This document shows positions 1-12,013 of a stretch of DNA of 64,000 bases, piece by piece. Both the position numbers and the translations under genes were made by a program. Location of the stretch: assembly GCF_963676685.1 (NCBI RefSeq), contig NC_092344.1:32054001-32118000 (forward strand), given 5' to 3'. Positions within the stretch are counted from its first letter, which is position 1. Every line of letters begins with the position of its first letter. The DNA comes from Mytilus edulis (lineage: Eukaryota). The notes below the pieces were generated by a model. That model was not told the DNA's origin. It made no database searches and saw nothing but the letters and a program-made list of their open reading frames with translations.

Positions 1-127
1 TTTGTTTGTTTACAAACAAAAAGGGAGGTTCATGGAAGAGCCTTCATATACGCTTTACACATTGGACATATAAATTACCTTACTTGTCCTAATCAGAATC
101 GAAATAATTGATACAAGCTATATTTTT

Positions 128-234
128 TTGTAGTTTTAACATGGGAAGGCATTATATTCGTGTTATTTTAGCCCTCACTATTGCTCGGGCAAAGATAATC
201 ACGAATATAATGCCTACCCATGTTAAATCTACAA
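128..234. repeat. Long imperfect hairpin
   Basis: ttaacatgggaaggcattatattcgtg ... cacgaatataatgcctacccatgttaa. Confidence 0.85.
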
Positions 235-683
235 TAAAGTAACGCTCGCACCAATTATTTTTTAATTACTCTCGCACTGGTTGACTTATTATCATAAGCT
301 ATCGTGATCATGCTATCATTTATACATCAAGACTATTTTTTATAGCTACATTCTTTTGGGTTTAAAAAAGTAATAATGAAATTCATCATTTGTTTCCATC
401 GAACCATTGATTTGGTGTTAACTATACGGTACTTACATCTCCCTTGTTCTTTATGGCTTGTTTACAAAACTTTCCAAAAAAGGATCTTTATATGTTGTCA
501 TATATTATTGCAAAGCAGAATTTTAAATATAATTGTTTTTTATCGATAAATTGTATAGATAAAAATAATCTTAATCATTTTCTTCCATGTTTGATGTTGG
601 GGTACACATCACTAATGTTTGTCAAAATGGCATAAATATTTACAAGCTGAATTTATGCAAAATCCTAAGAGCATGCTTGTGTA

Positions 684-743
684 CTTATGTAGACGAAACG
701 CGCGTCTGGCGTACTAAATTATAATCCTGGTACCTTTGATAAC
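684..743 (+). repeat. 5'-truncated hammerhead-repeat fragment
   Basis: cttatgtagacGAAAcgcgcGTCtggcgta...aatcctggtacctttgata, homologous to 3180-3240. Confidence 0.6.
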
Positions 744-1851
744 TACTTCCATAGAATAGGGAGCATCGAGAAATTGTCCAAAATGTCAAAAAATTGCGAT
801 TTTTTAAAATTCTACCTTTTGACTTTTGACCACAGTTATAAAAAAAAATCTACACCCCTTTGGCATTCTACAACATGCCTTAATCAAGGGTATTATATCT
901 ATCTTCAAAATAAGACCAAAATTAGACGTGAAGTATTTCGGTCGATTAAATTTTTGATTTATCTTACTTGTGAGCTATTGATATATATTTCAAAACAAAA
1001 CTTTGTATACACGGAACAACTTATTTACGCCATAACCATCTTACGGTTAGGTCTATATTAGATTTCAAGGTCATTTATTATAAAAGTTGAATTTTTTTTA
1101 GTAAGGTGATATTTACAATTTGTATGTATGACTTCATATGTATAGTGAAACATAAGTGGTGCTATTGTTTATAAATCGTGCATAAAACTAGTTATCTCTA
1201 GAATCAAACTTTTCTGAAATTTATAATGAAATAAAAATAAAGTGCAGTTTGAACATAATAAAAACATTTCTATTTTCACTGCACAAAAAAAAAAACCAAG
1301 GAATGTAGGGTATGTTATCTCTTTAAATCAGGTATTTATTCTAAAATCATTATGATCATTCTACTTTTGGTAACAAACAGCTTAATCTGCATAACTAGAT
1401 TACTACTCGTGTGTCATGGTAACGTAATGTAGGACTACCTCAAAAATATAAAATGGTCAAGTGACAGTAAACAAGCTGTCGCAGATTTTCTGCAATGTAC
1501 AATTTTGTCTCATTTAACTAGGTTCATCAACTTTGTTATCGGTAAATCGACCATTCTATAATATAGTAAAAAGCGTTCAAAATCGACACCTTTATGATGC
1601 GATGACGTTACCCTTATTTCGACATGTTGTGGTATTATAAATGTATAAAGCGACACATTAAAGAACAATTGACCCTTTTTAAAACGCTTTTCTTTATTTA
1701 ATCGGTAATATTTCAGAAAATATCGACTTTCAGTTAAAGATCAACGAACCAAAGTATGTAAAACATTTACCAAAATCTGCGACAGAGCCCTTTTTCTGTA
1801 ACTTGACCTTGAACACGTGTATGGTATAGATAATATGCAGAAAATACCTAC

Positions 1852-1970
1852 GATCTTTTGTAATATTGAGAATTGGCATAATATCAACCTCTTGCAATGA
1901 CCCATCAATTAAAATATGAGTGTTGTGAGCCCATGTCGTGTTTTGCCATCTTTTAACCGTGAACTTGGAC
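1852..1970 (-). CDS. OAS: OAS coding exon 3: (K)SKFTVKRWQNTTWAHNTHILIDGSLQEVDIMPILNITKD
   Basis: Lies inside track ORF 1730..2017. Acceptor cttctag|G completes the AA-G codon from exon 2. EVDIMP supplies the third catalytic Asp (cf. EFDVLP of OAS). Donor gtaggt at 1851, with an alternative gtattt 4 nt further. Confidence 0.85.
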
Positions 1971-2668
1971 CTAGAAGAAGAACGGGAAAACATAGAAAAT
2001 TTACGAAGATCAACCATTTATTGTATAGTATAAAAATATTTGTAACTAAGAATATGTTGAAATTTTCTGTTTGTGATCTGATGGTGTTTTCTTTGGAAGT
2101 TTATTTGAATAAATACATAAATTTGGAGTATGACACAATATGAAGATAATTTGCAATAGTATTAAAATTAATTTTAAAAAATTGTCTTAAGGTCAACAAC
2201 TAATATTGAAACTAAACAAACAGATATCAATCATATGTTTTGTAAAACCTAATTTATTAGGAACTATGACTCTTAAAATACGACATTAGTTACGGAATAA
2301 ACAATTTCAAACATTCATAAAGTAGTACCATACATCACCTCTAGGTTTTGGTGGGGTTGGTGTTGCTAAGTCTGTAGTTTCTGTGTTGTGTATTGTTGAC
2401 GTTTTCAGCATTAGGGTGTTAATTGTATTCATATATAAATAAATTTTGTGTATTTACTGTCTTCTGATTGGTTAAAATTATTAGTTCTATTTTCAATGTT
2501 GTCAATTTTGATGGCGACACGCCCACTCTGACGTTGTGTATTCATACGCCAACATGTGTGTACGTTGTTATTGTCAAGATAAATAATATAAAAAGTTCTT
2601 TGAGCCTTATTTTTGATAGAAATTTATTTATAATGAATGGCAATAATTTATTTTGATTTTATTGAACC

Positions 2669-2751
2669 ATAAAACTAATTTTTGACTCTTCACATTTTAC
2701 ATAATCCGCTTCGCGGATTATTCAATGTAAAGAGTCAAAAATTAGTTTTAT
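2669..2751. repeat. Long imperfect hairpin
   Basis: ataaaactaatttttgactctt...ataatccgc tt(c) gcggattat...aagagtcaaaaattagttttat. Confidence 0.85.
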
Positions 2752-2790
2752 TATTACTTTAATTAAACAGTATAGCTTAATTATGCTCAC

Positions 2791-2930
2791 TTAAGAAGAC
2801 TCTGAATTGCATCTTTCATTCCGGCCATTTTCTGCTTAAGAGCTTCTACAGTGGTGATGTCGGATATTGGAAATATAAGATCCACATCTGAAAGCCCACG
2901 AACTGCAGTTCCTTTCCCGATGGATCCTCC
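2791..2930 (-). CDS. OAS: OAS coding exon 2: GGSIGKGTAVRGLSDVDLIFPISDITTVEALKQKMAGMKDAIQSLL
   Basis: Carries the OAS nucleotidyltransferase signature GGSxGKGTxxRGxSDxD. Acceptor tttaag|GGA, donor AA|gtgagc; 140 nt, phase 0 to 2. Not in the ORF track. Confidence 0.93.
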
Positions 2931-3019
2931 CTTAAAGATTAAAATGAACATTGTGCAAAAAACTGGAAATTACAAAAACGCAAGCTTGATTGATCTACAG
3001 ACATAAAACTGTTTACAAA

Positions 3020-3248
3020 ACTTTTCAACCTTTTGAAATACTCAGGCTTTTCTATCTCAGAATATATTACCTTAGCTTTATTGGCAAAACTTTTCCGAAT
3101 TTTTGTTCCTCAGTGCTCTTCAACTTCATACTTTATTTGGCCTTTTCAACTTTGTTGGATTCGATCGTCACTGATGAGTCTTTTGTAGACGAATCGCGCA
3201 TTTGGAGTAGGTGCACAATTTAATCCTGGTATCTATGATGAGCTTATT
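3020..3248 (+). mobile_element. Dispersed repeat carrying a degenerate type I hammerhead ribozyme motif (3166-3208)
   Basis: cgtca-CTGATGA-gtc ttttgta gac-GAAt-cgcgc-att-tggagt; core partly mutated. A related half copy at 684-743 has an intact GAAA-cgcgc-GTC-tggcg. Confidence 0.65.
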
Positions 3249-4148
3249 TTGTTATAGAACTGTAACACATACTTTATTTAAAAATAAATCTGTTATAAAA
3301 TGCGTTCTTTTCCCAACGAGTACAGCTTGTTAGATCCACATACTGCTTGTTAAAAGCACCGATTTTAGGACTGATCTTGCCGGATACTATTTATTTGAGA
3401 AATGTGAACTAACTTTTTAGTTTTTTCTATAATTCACAAATTGTATTGCAGATGTGATATTCTATGATGAGCTTATTTAGTAATAGAACTGTAACATATA
3501 CTTTATTTGAAAATAAATCTGTTATAAAATACGTTCTTTTCCCAACGAGTACAGCTTGTTAGATCGACATATTGCTTGTTAAAAGCACCGATTTTAGGAC
3601 TGATCTTGCCGGATACTATTTATTTGAGAAATGTGAACTAACTTTTTAGTTTTTTCTATAATTCACAAATTGTATTGCAGATGTGATATTCTATGATGAG
3701 CTTATTTAGTAATAGAACTGTAACATATACTTTATTTAAAAATAAATCTGTTATGAAATGCGTTCTTTTCCCAACGAGTACAGCTTGTTAGATCCACATA
3801 TTGCTTGTTAAAAGCACCGATTTTAGGACTGATCTTGCCGGATACTATTTATTTGAGAAATGAGAACTAACTTTTTAGTTTTTTCTATAATTCACAAATT
3901 GCATTGCAGATGTGATATTCTATGATGAGCTTATTTAGTAATAGAACTGTAACATATACTTTATTTAAAAATAAATCTGTTATGAAATGCGTTCTTTTCC
4001 CAACGAGTACAGCTTGTTAGATCCACATATTGCTTGTTAAAAGCACCGATTGTAGGACTGATCTTGCCGGATACTATTTATTTGAGAAATGAGAACTAAC
4101 TTTTTAGTTTTTTCTATAATTCACAAATTGTATTGCAGATGTGATATT
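3232..4148 (+). repeat. Tandem repeat, 229-bp unit x4, in an OAS intron
   Basis: tctatgatgagcttattt recurs at 3232, 3461, 3690 and 3919. Confidence 0.95.
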
Positions 4149-4149
4149 T

Positions 4150-4383
4150 TAAGCAACACGACGGGTGCCACATATGGAGCAGGGTCTGCTTACCCTTCCG
4201 GAGCACCTGAGATCACCCCTAGTTTTTGGTGGGGTTCGTGTTGTTTATTCTTTAGTTTTTTATGTTGTGTCATGTTTACTATTGTTTTTCTGTTTGTTTT
4301 TTTTCATTTTTAGCCATGGCGTTGTCAGTTTGTTTAGATTTATGAGTTTGACTGTCCCTTTGGTATCTTTCGTCCCTCTTTAG
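4150..4383 (+). repeat. Short interspersed repeat (aacacgacgggtgcc...ccttccggagcacctgag family)
   Basis: Degenerate relatives at about 2330-2440, 14185-14280 and 22715-22810; explains the spurious ORFs 4089 and 4165. Confidence 0.65.
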
Positions 4384-4574
4384 GATAAGTTTTATTTATC
4401 TTCCTTGATTGAAAGTATTGCAATGATTAATTATCATGTAACGACGCATAACATTTCTTGATGAGTTGTTTCAAAAAACAACTGGGACATTAGTATAATT
4501 TAATTAATGAAAACATTCGGTTTACATTTTTTTCTACGAAGATTTCAACAGAAAACTAAATTATTAGACTATAC

Positions 4575-4739
4575 CTTGATGGTACGCATCACTTTATAAT
4601 CAAATTCACTAGACTTCAAGACCTTTGCTACTTCATCAATAGTCTTTCCACATTGTGTAAGATATTCGGCATCCGGATTCACAACGCGATCGATAAAACA
4701 AGAGAGGGATTCATCTGGTTCGATTCCTTTGAAATCCAT
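4575..4739 (-). CDS. OAS: OAS (2'-5' oligoadenylate synthetase-like) coding exon 1: MDFKGIEPDESLSCFIDRVVNPDAEYLTQCGKTIDEVAKVLKSSEFDYKVMRTIK
   Basis: Manual reverse-strand translation. Acceptor tttgcag precedes 4743, ATG is at 4739 and donor AAG|gtatag is at 4575 (phase 0). Matches the OAS N-terminal pattern (LxxFI...P...ID.V...L...V...K|GGS) and splices in frame to the next exon. Confidence 0.9.
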
Positions 4740-4830
4740 TGGTCTGCAAAAAAAGCAAAACTGATTAATATACTGATTTTATCAACATGTCAGCATTGCA
4801 ATTTAAGTATAAATTATGGTTTCAAATTAT

Positions 4831-5368
4831 ATGGGTTCGAATCCCGGCGAGGGAAGAACCAAAAATTTGCGAAAGCAAATGTACAGATCTAACATTGTTG
4901 GGTTGATTTTTAGACGAGTTGTATATACATTATGTACACAGCCATGTATCACCATCATTGATGGCGATCTGATGGATACATCTGTTGTATAGTTGTCACT
5001 GACTCAGACGTACTTATAAATATAATTATTTTCTGTGACTGTATATTACATTAATTTGTAGGATCCTTTACTACAGATAATTTAGCTGATCTGTAACAAT
5101 AACATCTTCATGCCTTATATATCATGTACTGTAGTACGCCGCTAGATTAAAACTGACGAAGAAAGGTAACACACGGCCAGCGAAAGCTCTTTTTTTGAGA
5201 GCCCAGGTGGTCGTGTGGTTTAGCGGGACGGCTGCCGTGCAGGCGATTTGGTGTCACGATATCACAGTAGCATGGGTTCGAATCCCGGCGAGGGAAGAAC
5301 CAAAAATTTGCAAAAGCAAATTTACAGATCTAACATTGTTGTGATGATGTTTAGACGAGTTGTATATA
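4831..5368 (+). mobile_element. tRNA-derived (Pol III) SINE-like element in a 441-bp permuted unit
   Basis: A box TGGTCGTGTGG at 5208 and B box GGTTCGAATCC at 5275. B box plus about 90 bp is duplicated at 4834; a T7 run at 5190-5196 precedes the head. Confidence 0.7.
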
Positions 5369-5851
5369 TTTTTACTTATACAGATAACATATACCACATA
5401 AAACTTATACTACTGTAAAAGCAGGCGTCTTTATCAAATCTCATTGATTTTGAAACAAGAGTCAAATTGAAATTTGAAATCTGTATTGCTTATTTAGATT
5501 TGTATTTTGCATATGTTTCCCTAAAATTTACATGTCTTGCAATGAAATTAACATTGAACAGCCGCTTATCAATAAATGTTAATAACTCAAAGAGATCCAA
5601 AAATGCGTAGCTTCATACTTAACCACATTTAAAAATAAACGATAAACTATTTTTTATCAAATGCTTCCATCAAAATACTTCGTGTATTGTTAAGAGGTCA
5701 ACAAAAAATTCTAGAAACTGTTGTATGTCTATTTTTTAACGTATGAGACGATATACTAACAACAGAACAAACAACCCACGCATTAAATTTTAGCAACCCG
5801 TACTCCTGAAAATTAGACAAATTAATTCCTTCAGTTCAAAGATTAATATAG

Positions 5852-6893
5852 ATAAGATTGAGAATGGAAATGAGGAATGTGTCAAAGAGACAACAACCCG
5901 ACCAAATAAAAAACAACAACAGAGGGTCACCAACAGGTCTTCAATGTAGCGAGAAACTCCCGCACCCGGAGGCGTCCCTCAGCTGGCCCCTAAACAAATA
6001 TATACTAGTCCAGTGAAAATGAACACCATACTAATTTCCAAATTGTACACAAGAAACTAAAATTAAAATAATACAAGACTAACAAAGGCTAGAGTCTCCT
6101 GACTTGGGACAGGCGCAAAAATGCGGCGGGGTTAAACATGTTTGTGAGATCTCAACCCTCCCCCTATACCTCTAACCAATGTAGAAAAGTAAACGCATAA
6201 CAATACGCACATTAGAATTCAGTTCAAGAGAAGTCCGAGTCTGATGTCAGAAGATGTAACCAAAGAAAATAAACAAAATGACAATAATACATAAATAACA
6301 ACAGACTACTAGCAGTTAACTGACATGCCAGCTCCAGACTTCAATTAAACTGACTGAAAGATTATGATTTCATCATATGAACATCAGGCACAATCCTTCC
6401 CGTTAGGGGTTTAGTATCATACCATCATAACATATATGAGAAGAACATAACCCGTGTCATGCCAACAACTGTTTTTAGAATAAATGTGTTTAGTTCCGAT
6501 GCAAAGACCTTATCAGTGACTCAATATTAACGCCAAAATATGCAATCTTTAATGACTTGACAACAGTATCGTAATTATATCCCTTCTTAATAAGTCTATT
6601 CAAAGGTTTTGTAAGTTTCTGAGGTGAATACTGACACCTTTGTGCTTTATAAAGAATATTTCCATAAAAAATTGGATGTGAAATACCTGAACGTATTAGA
6701 AGTCTGCATGTTGAGCTATATTTACGAATGATGTCTTTATACCGATGATAAAATTTAGTAAATGTTTTGACTAGTTTGTGATATCGAAAACCCTGGTGTA
6801 ATAATTTTTCAGTAATACATAAATTTCTCTCGTTAAAATCTAAAACATTGTTACATACACGAGCGAATCGTACAAGTTGAGATATATATATAT
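5852..6893 (-). mobile_element. Penelope-like retroelement 3' fragment (RT C-terminus + about 640 bp tail)
   Basis: YISQLVRFARVC...FNERNLCITEKLLHQGFRYHKLVKTFTKFYHRY is the PLE RT C-terminal region; stop at 6490, followed by a non-coding tail. Confidence 0.8.
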
Positions 6894-6909
6894 CCATAAA
6901 CACATTTAA

Positions 6910-7498
6910 GGTGGCTCGGTTGTCTTCCTCCATCTTGGATTTTGAAGAAGCATATAACTTTGGTCTAGATATTTAATGAAATGTGCCAATTTTGAGAGTT
7001 GTATGTAGTTTATGTAAAAGACTTTCGAAATAAATATATAGAATTGTGTGTTTTATCATAATTACAGCTGTAATTTCTCCAAAACACCTTGTGTGTGTTT
7101 GATTAGATTTTTTAACTTTGCCAAATAAAGGGAGATAACTTAGATAAAGTAATTTTTATAATAGAAAGTGTAAGGATTTACCTGTTTTGATATGTAGCAA
7201 AAAAATAAGTTCGGTGACCCCACTTTTTTCTTTTTCTTATCTGAAAGCATGTTATACGAGCAATTTTCTCACATTTTATCTTAAAGTTCTAACAGTACGC
7301 TTTCTTTTTATCACACAAAATTTGATTTTCCATGCATAATCTGTACAAAATCTGACTTTTTTGCACAACCTGTAGCGTTAAAAAAAAGTCCGGTGACCCA
7401 TACTTTTTAATATAATTTTGAAAACAAGCACGATAAAACATCATTTTGACAAGCTTTTAAAAAATTCTATCAATTCTAATTAAGACACCCTAGCCACC
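6910..7498. mobile_element. MITE with TTAA TSD (Kolobok/T2-like)
   Basis: TTAA|GGTGGCTCGGTTGTCT ... AGACACCCTAGCCACC|TTAA. Confidence 0.8.
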
Positions 7499-8379
7499 TT
7501 AAGATAGATAGATTTAATATTTAAGTCTTGGAATCTAGTTGAAGAAAATCAAGGAAATGTGAAAAAGTCAAAAACTCTACCATATTGTTGAAAAAAGGGA
7601 CGATTATGTGCTTTTACTCAAAATTCTTAGCTAGTAAGATAAAAGAAATTTGCCTTCACTATCTGTTTTATGACTGTATCATTTAAATGACACTTGCTTT
7701 TAATCCTTATCCTAGCTTACCTGTTCGGATGCAATGGAAAATGTCCACGTCACTTTTAAAAAAATCCAATTAATGTCACATCAATATTTCTGTGAATTTC
7801 AGAAAATCTACTTTCATTATCGTATTTATCAATAAAACCAAAAAAAGTTACTCCCCGTATCATTTCCCCAAAAAGTGAATATGATCGGAACATCTTATAA
7901 TTGAAAATACACTTTTGATAGTAATTCAATTAAAATAACTTGACACAAGATGAACATGCATATTTCATCAACCTTTGAAAAAAAAACATTTGCAAATGAT
8001 AAAGAGATTTTTAACGAATGATGCATCTGTCCTTGTTTGTTATGAACTACAAGAAGTCCTCAATTCGTGCCAAAATTTGACGTCAGATTTAAGTTTAAGA
8101 AACAGCTTCAATTTCGAAATTCTGCCGTTTAGAATATGATATCAGCATATGGCAGCAAAATATGATTAAAAAGATACGATATAAAACACAAATCAATATA
8201 ACACGTAATGGGCAATATACATTTTTCAACAATAGTCCGTTGTATATTTAATCATGTTTGAGCACATGAAATGATAAACCTTGTTTCAATACAGGATATC
8301 AGAACTTTGTCTTATATCTTAATCTATCTGAGCAATTGAAATGAATAACTCTTTGCTTAGTGATGTATATGATGTATAA

Positions 8380-8660
8380 AGTTAAATCACAAAAAATCTG
8401 AACTGCGAGGAAAATTCAAAACGGAAAGTCCCTAATCAAAGGCAAAATCAAAAGTTCAAACAAATCACATTAATTGTTAACAACTGTCATGTTCTTGACT
8501 TGGTAAAATGATGTTTTTTGTAGAAATTGGTGGAATAAACCTTGTTTCATAACTAAATTAACCACTCACTTGTATGACAGTCGCATCAAATTCGATTATT
8601 TTGACAATGATGTGTAATCGATACAAACAGACATAACAGGTAAAATTGTCAAACCTAGGT
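8380..8660. repeat. Dispersed repeat family (aactccgaggaaaattcaaaacggaaagtccc)
   Basis: Related copies at about 12930-13130, 46280-46380 and 48520. Confidence 0.7.
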
Positions 8661-10425
8661 GTATGTCAGATGTAACACTAGACTTCAATTGTACATTAAA
8701 ACATCGATATCGAGTTACAAATCAGATATTTGATAGAAAATTATAGAGTAATACTTTACATGATCAATCTTATTATCTAAGACTTAAAATTTAAACAATA
8801 ACTTGCCATTCAATTTCCAATCATAACGGGGGAGATGATATAGTATTTCAATAACAATTCATTAAATAAGCTTTGTCATGAATACATTTAGACTAACATC
8901 CTCGTAACTATTTATTTACTCTATGAAGCGCAGCAATTGTTTTTACTAAATTATAAGATTTATGAAAAAATAAAGTAAGTACAATACATGGACCAGAGAC
9001 TTTTTTTTCAATATTTGAAATGAAATGAAAAGCAAATTATTTAATGATAGCTAATTGCTGCTTACCTGGTAAAATTTAGGAAAATGTATGTCACCGTTTC
9101 ATTTACTTCTTGATATTTAAAGTCTAATTTCATTTTGTACCTACCACTACAGTATCAATTTGAGAAGTTCCTTGACATTCAATTAAAAATTCACTAGGTA
9201 TTTTTTTGGGCAACAAAATCATAAATCCAAACTATTATGATTAATTGCTCACTTCCTTTTTTAAAAATAATTGTTAAAGAGTAGCACGTGATACAAATTC
9301 ACTCGACCAGTATTTGATGTATTAGAAAATCACACAACAAAAGAACGGATTGAAGTGCTATAAATTGAAACTGCTTGAAAAACACAGATAGCTCTTGTGA
9401 GAACAAAAATATACAGATATAAGCCATACTGTATTCAAATGATTATATTTGGTGTGATGTATTAATATATAAATAGATAGATGATAGTATTAAATCGAGA
9501 CAATGTATACGTTTAACGGTCAATCAACGCAAAACGCTGCATGTGTTTCCGGATTACGGAATAGCCGTCTTTATAAATGTAAATGAACCAATTTTGTTCG
9601 ATATCAAAGTGTAACATTTTAGGTTTGGCGTACTCTGTTGATGCACCAGGTATAACTTCTTACAGAGATTATACGATTCTCGTATATATAATTTAACTTT
9701 GATTTATACTGTTATTCAACGCCCCGATTCTTTGTTAGTTTTTTTTTATTAGTTATTTTTTTTTTTGCTTTATCAGTTGTGTCATGTTTGATAACCATTT
9801 ATTTCTAGTTGACCATAATGTACCATCAATTCATTTTGATTTGACAATTTGTAGAGCAGGTACTGGTCTTTTAGTATTTTCATAATCCTATCAAAATCAC
9901 TACTTGTGAACTCATTACCGGAACTATTTTGAGACTTTGATAGAAAATATTCACAATTGATAGGAATGATGTTAGTGTCTAGTTGACCAAGCTTCACCAG
10001 CATGTTGTTAAATAATTTGTGCAAACTTATTATGGGACTTTGATCTAAGTTGTGTTTTTGACTATATGCACAATATAACTTCGGGAACACCACTCTTCTA
10101 CGATCATACGGCACACAGTGACATATAAGACAGGATATTTTGTCGTCAAATATGTCGTTTCAGCATTTGTTTTACCTATCTTACGAACACAATAATACTC
10201 TGTGAACACAATTCCTCTGATAATATTTCAGAAAGCCTTCATACTCATAATTATGATAGAATTGCTTGAAATAATGTGTAGTTGTCCTTTTGAACTGATT
10301 TTCTGCAAAAGTTATTTGGATTTCACTGTTTTTGTCACTATTGTTTTATTACATATTTTATAGTATACTGCATCGGATATTTCACTACGGTAGTATCAGT
10401 TTTATTATATTAAATGTTGATTTAA

Positions 10426-10634
10426 GGTGGTAGACCTTGGTTCAGGGAGATAACTCTTTAAATCAGTTATGTGTTTGTTAAAGTCAAGTTTCATCAATGT
10501 TTTTCAAGCATTTACCTGAAACAGATTGGGAATAATCTATGTAACCTAGAAGCTTAGAATATATTTATGAAAACGGTTGACACAAACGTACTGATGATTT
10601 TAAGAGTTATTTCCCTTTACCTAGGTCTACCTCC
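10426..10634. mobile_element. 209-bp MITE with TTAA TSD
   Basis: TTAA|GGTGGTAGACCTTGG..AGGGAGATAACTCTT ... AAGAGTTATTTCCCT..CCTAGGTCTACCTCC|TTAA; about 40-bp imperfect TIR. Confidence 0.82.
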
Positions 10635-11069
10635 TTAAATAATTGTTCAGCATTCTTTAATAAAGTTTATACAAAACAAACATACAAATGTATATATGTA
10701 TTTGATACTTTGTATTTGTCTGTTTTATCTGTTTGTATAACAGCAGAATAACTATTAAAAGAAACAAGAAATCACAGTGCTTTAAGCTAATTAGATGTGT
10801 GTGCTTTGCACCATAACATTCTTATTCAAAACTTTTATCGTTACTGATGTGGCCACTCTGATCGACCAAGGCTACTGAAACGGTAGCTGTCGCTATGAAG
10901 TATTGTCACGTATTGTATCTGATGGCAACGTCAGTTATTCAATCTTATAAATCATGGTTATCTGGTGACACTCTTGATAAAGAATATATGGGAAAATATT
11001 AGACAAAGCATTCAACAAACACGCATTGTCATACAGTTGAAGTGCATTCCGTAAAAGTCAATAAAATAA

Positions 11070-11372
11070 CAACAACAATGTGTCCTAAGTACACGGATGC
11101 CCCATCCGCACTTTCATTTTCTATGTTCAGTAGACCGTGAAAATGGGATAAATCTCTAATTTGGCATTAAAATTGAAAAGATTATATCATAGGGAACATG
11201 TTTACTAAGTTTCAAGTTGATTGGACTTCAACTTCATCAAAAACTAACTCGACCAAACACTTTAACCTGAAGCGGGACAGACGGACGGACGAACGAACGA
11301 ACGAACAGACGGACGAACGGACGGACGCACAGACCAGAGAGAATAATGCGCATAAATTGGGCATAATAAAAT
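11070..11372 (+). mobile_element. Non-autonomous Helentron-like (HINE/DINE-1/pearl-type) element
   Basis: Internal (GACG/GAAC)n microsatellite at 11277-11330 and a terminal short hairpin atgcgcataaattgggcat. A partial inverted copy lies at about 63490-63580. Confidence 0.65.
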
Positions 11373-12013
11373 AACTGAAGAATCGCAGATTGTTTACCTG
11401 CAGACATGAGCGCTCAATTGCAACTGTCGTCGTCAGCAAATTTGATCAATTACGTATGTGCCTTCAAGACAGCAAAGAAAATAATGGAACTGAAACAAAC
11501 AGATTTGTAACACTTAAGGTACAGTACCAAAAATAAAAAACGTGTGTATGCATAAATGTTACAAGAAAAGAACAAACAAACCTGTCTATGTGATAAGTGA
11601 ATAAGTTGAAGAAAATAACAGATTAAAGTGACAGGTGAGGAACATTAACTACAGAGGAGACTTTAACAAACGCGACAAGACTGAATGATTATGGAAAAAA
11701 GCTATACTGAATCAGGGTTTTGGCTAAGGAACGCAATACAAGGGCGATTTTTAATGAAATAACATAATAAAGACCATTTACCATCGGAAAATATCCAGGA
11801 ATGTAGGCGTCAAGAATGTTAAAAGAAAATATTTTCAAAGATAGGAAAAATTGCATTTCTTTCAATACAGACACCATGATGATACGTTGTCGTCTGGTAT
11901 ACCAGTTGTCGCATGATCTTCAGATTTGGTAAACAGCTTAGAATATCGTCCTATATCTATAGGATACTTCGATAGATCTAGCTGTTTCATCACGGACGAT
12001 AAAGCTCATCTGC

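Noticed and set aside
4960-5110. 7SK-like RNA (GGCGATCTG ... GCTGATCTG)
   Set aside because: Only two short motifs with the wrong spacing, inside a repeat body; no supporting stem seen.
5201-5295. Functional tRNA gene
   Set aside because: A and B boxes are present, but I cannot fold a convincing acceptor stem or anticodon arm; it fits a SINE-like head better.
6894-6933. N-terminus MEEDNRATL of ORF 6490..6933
   Set aside because: Derived from the adjacent MITE end; the ORF is chimeric.
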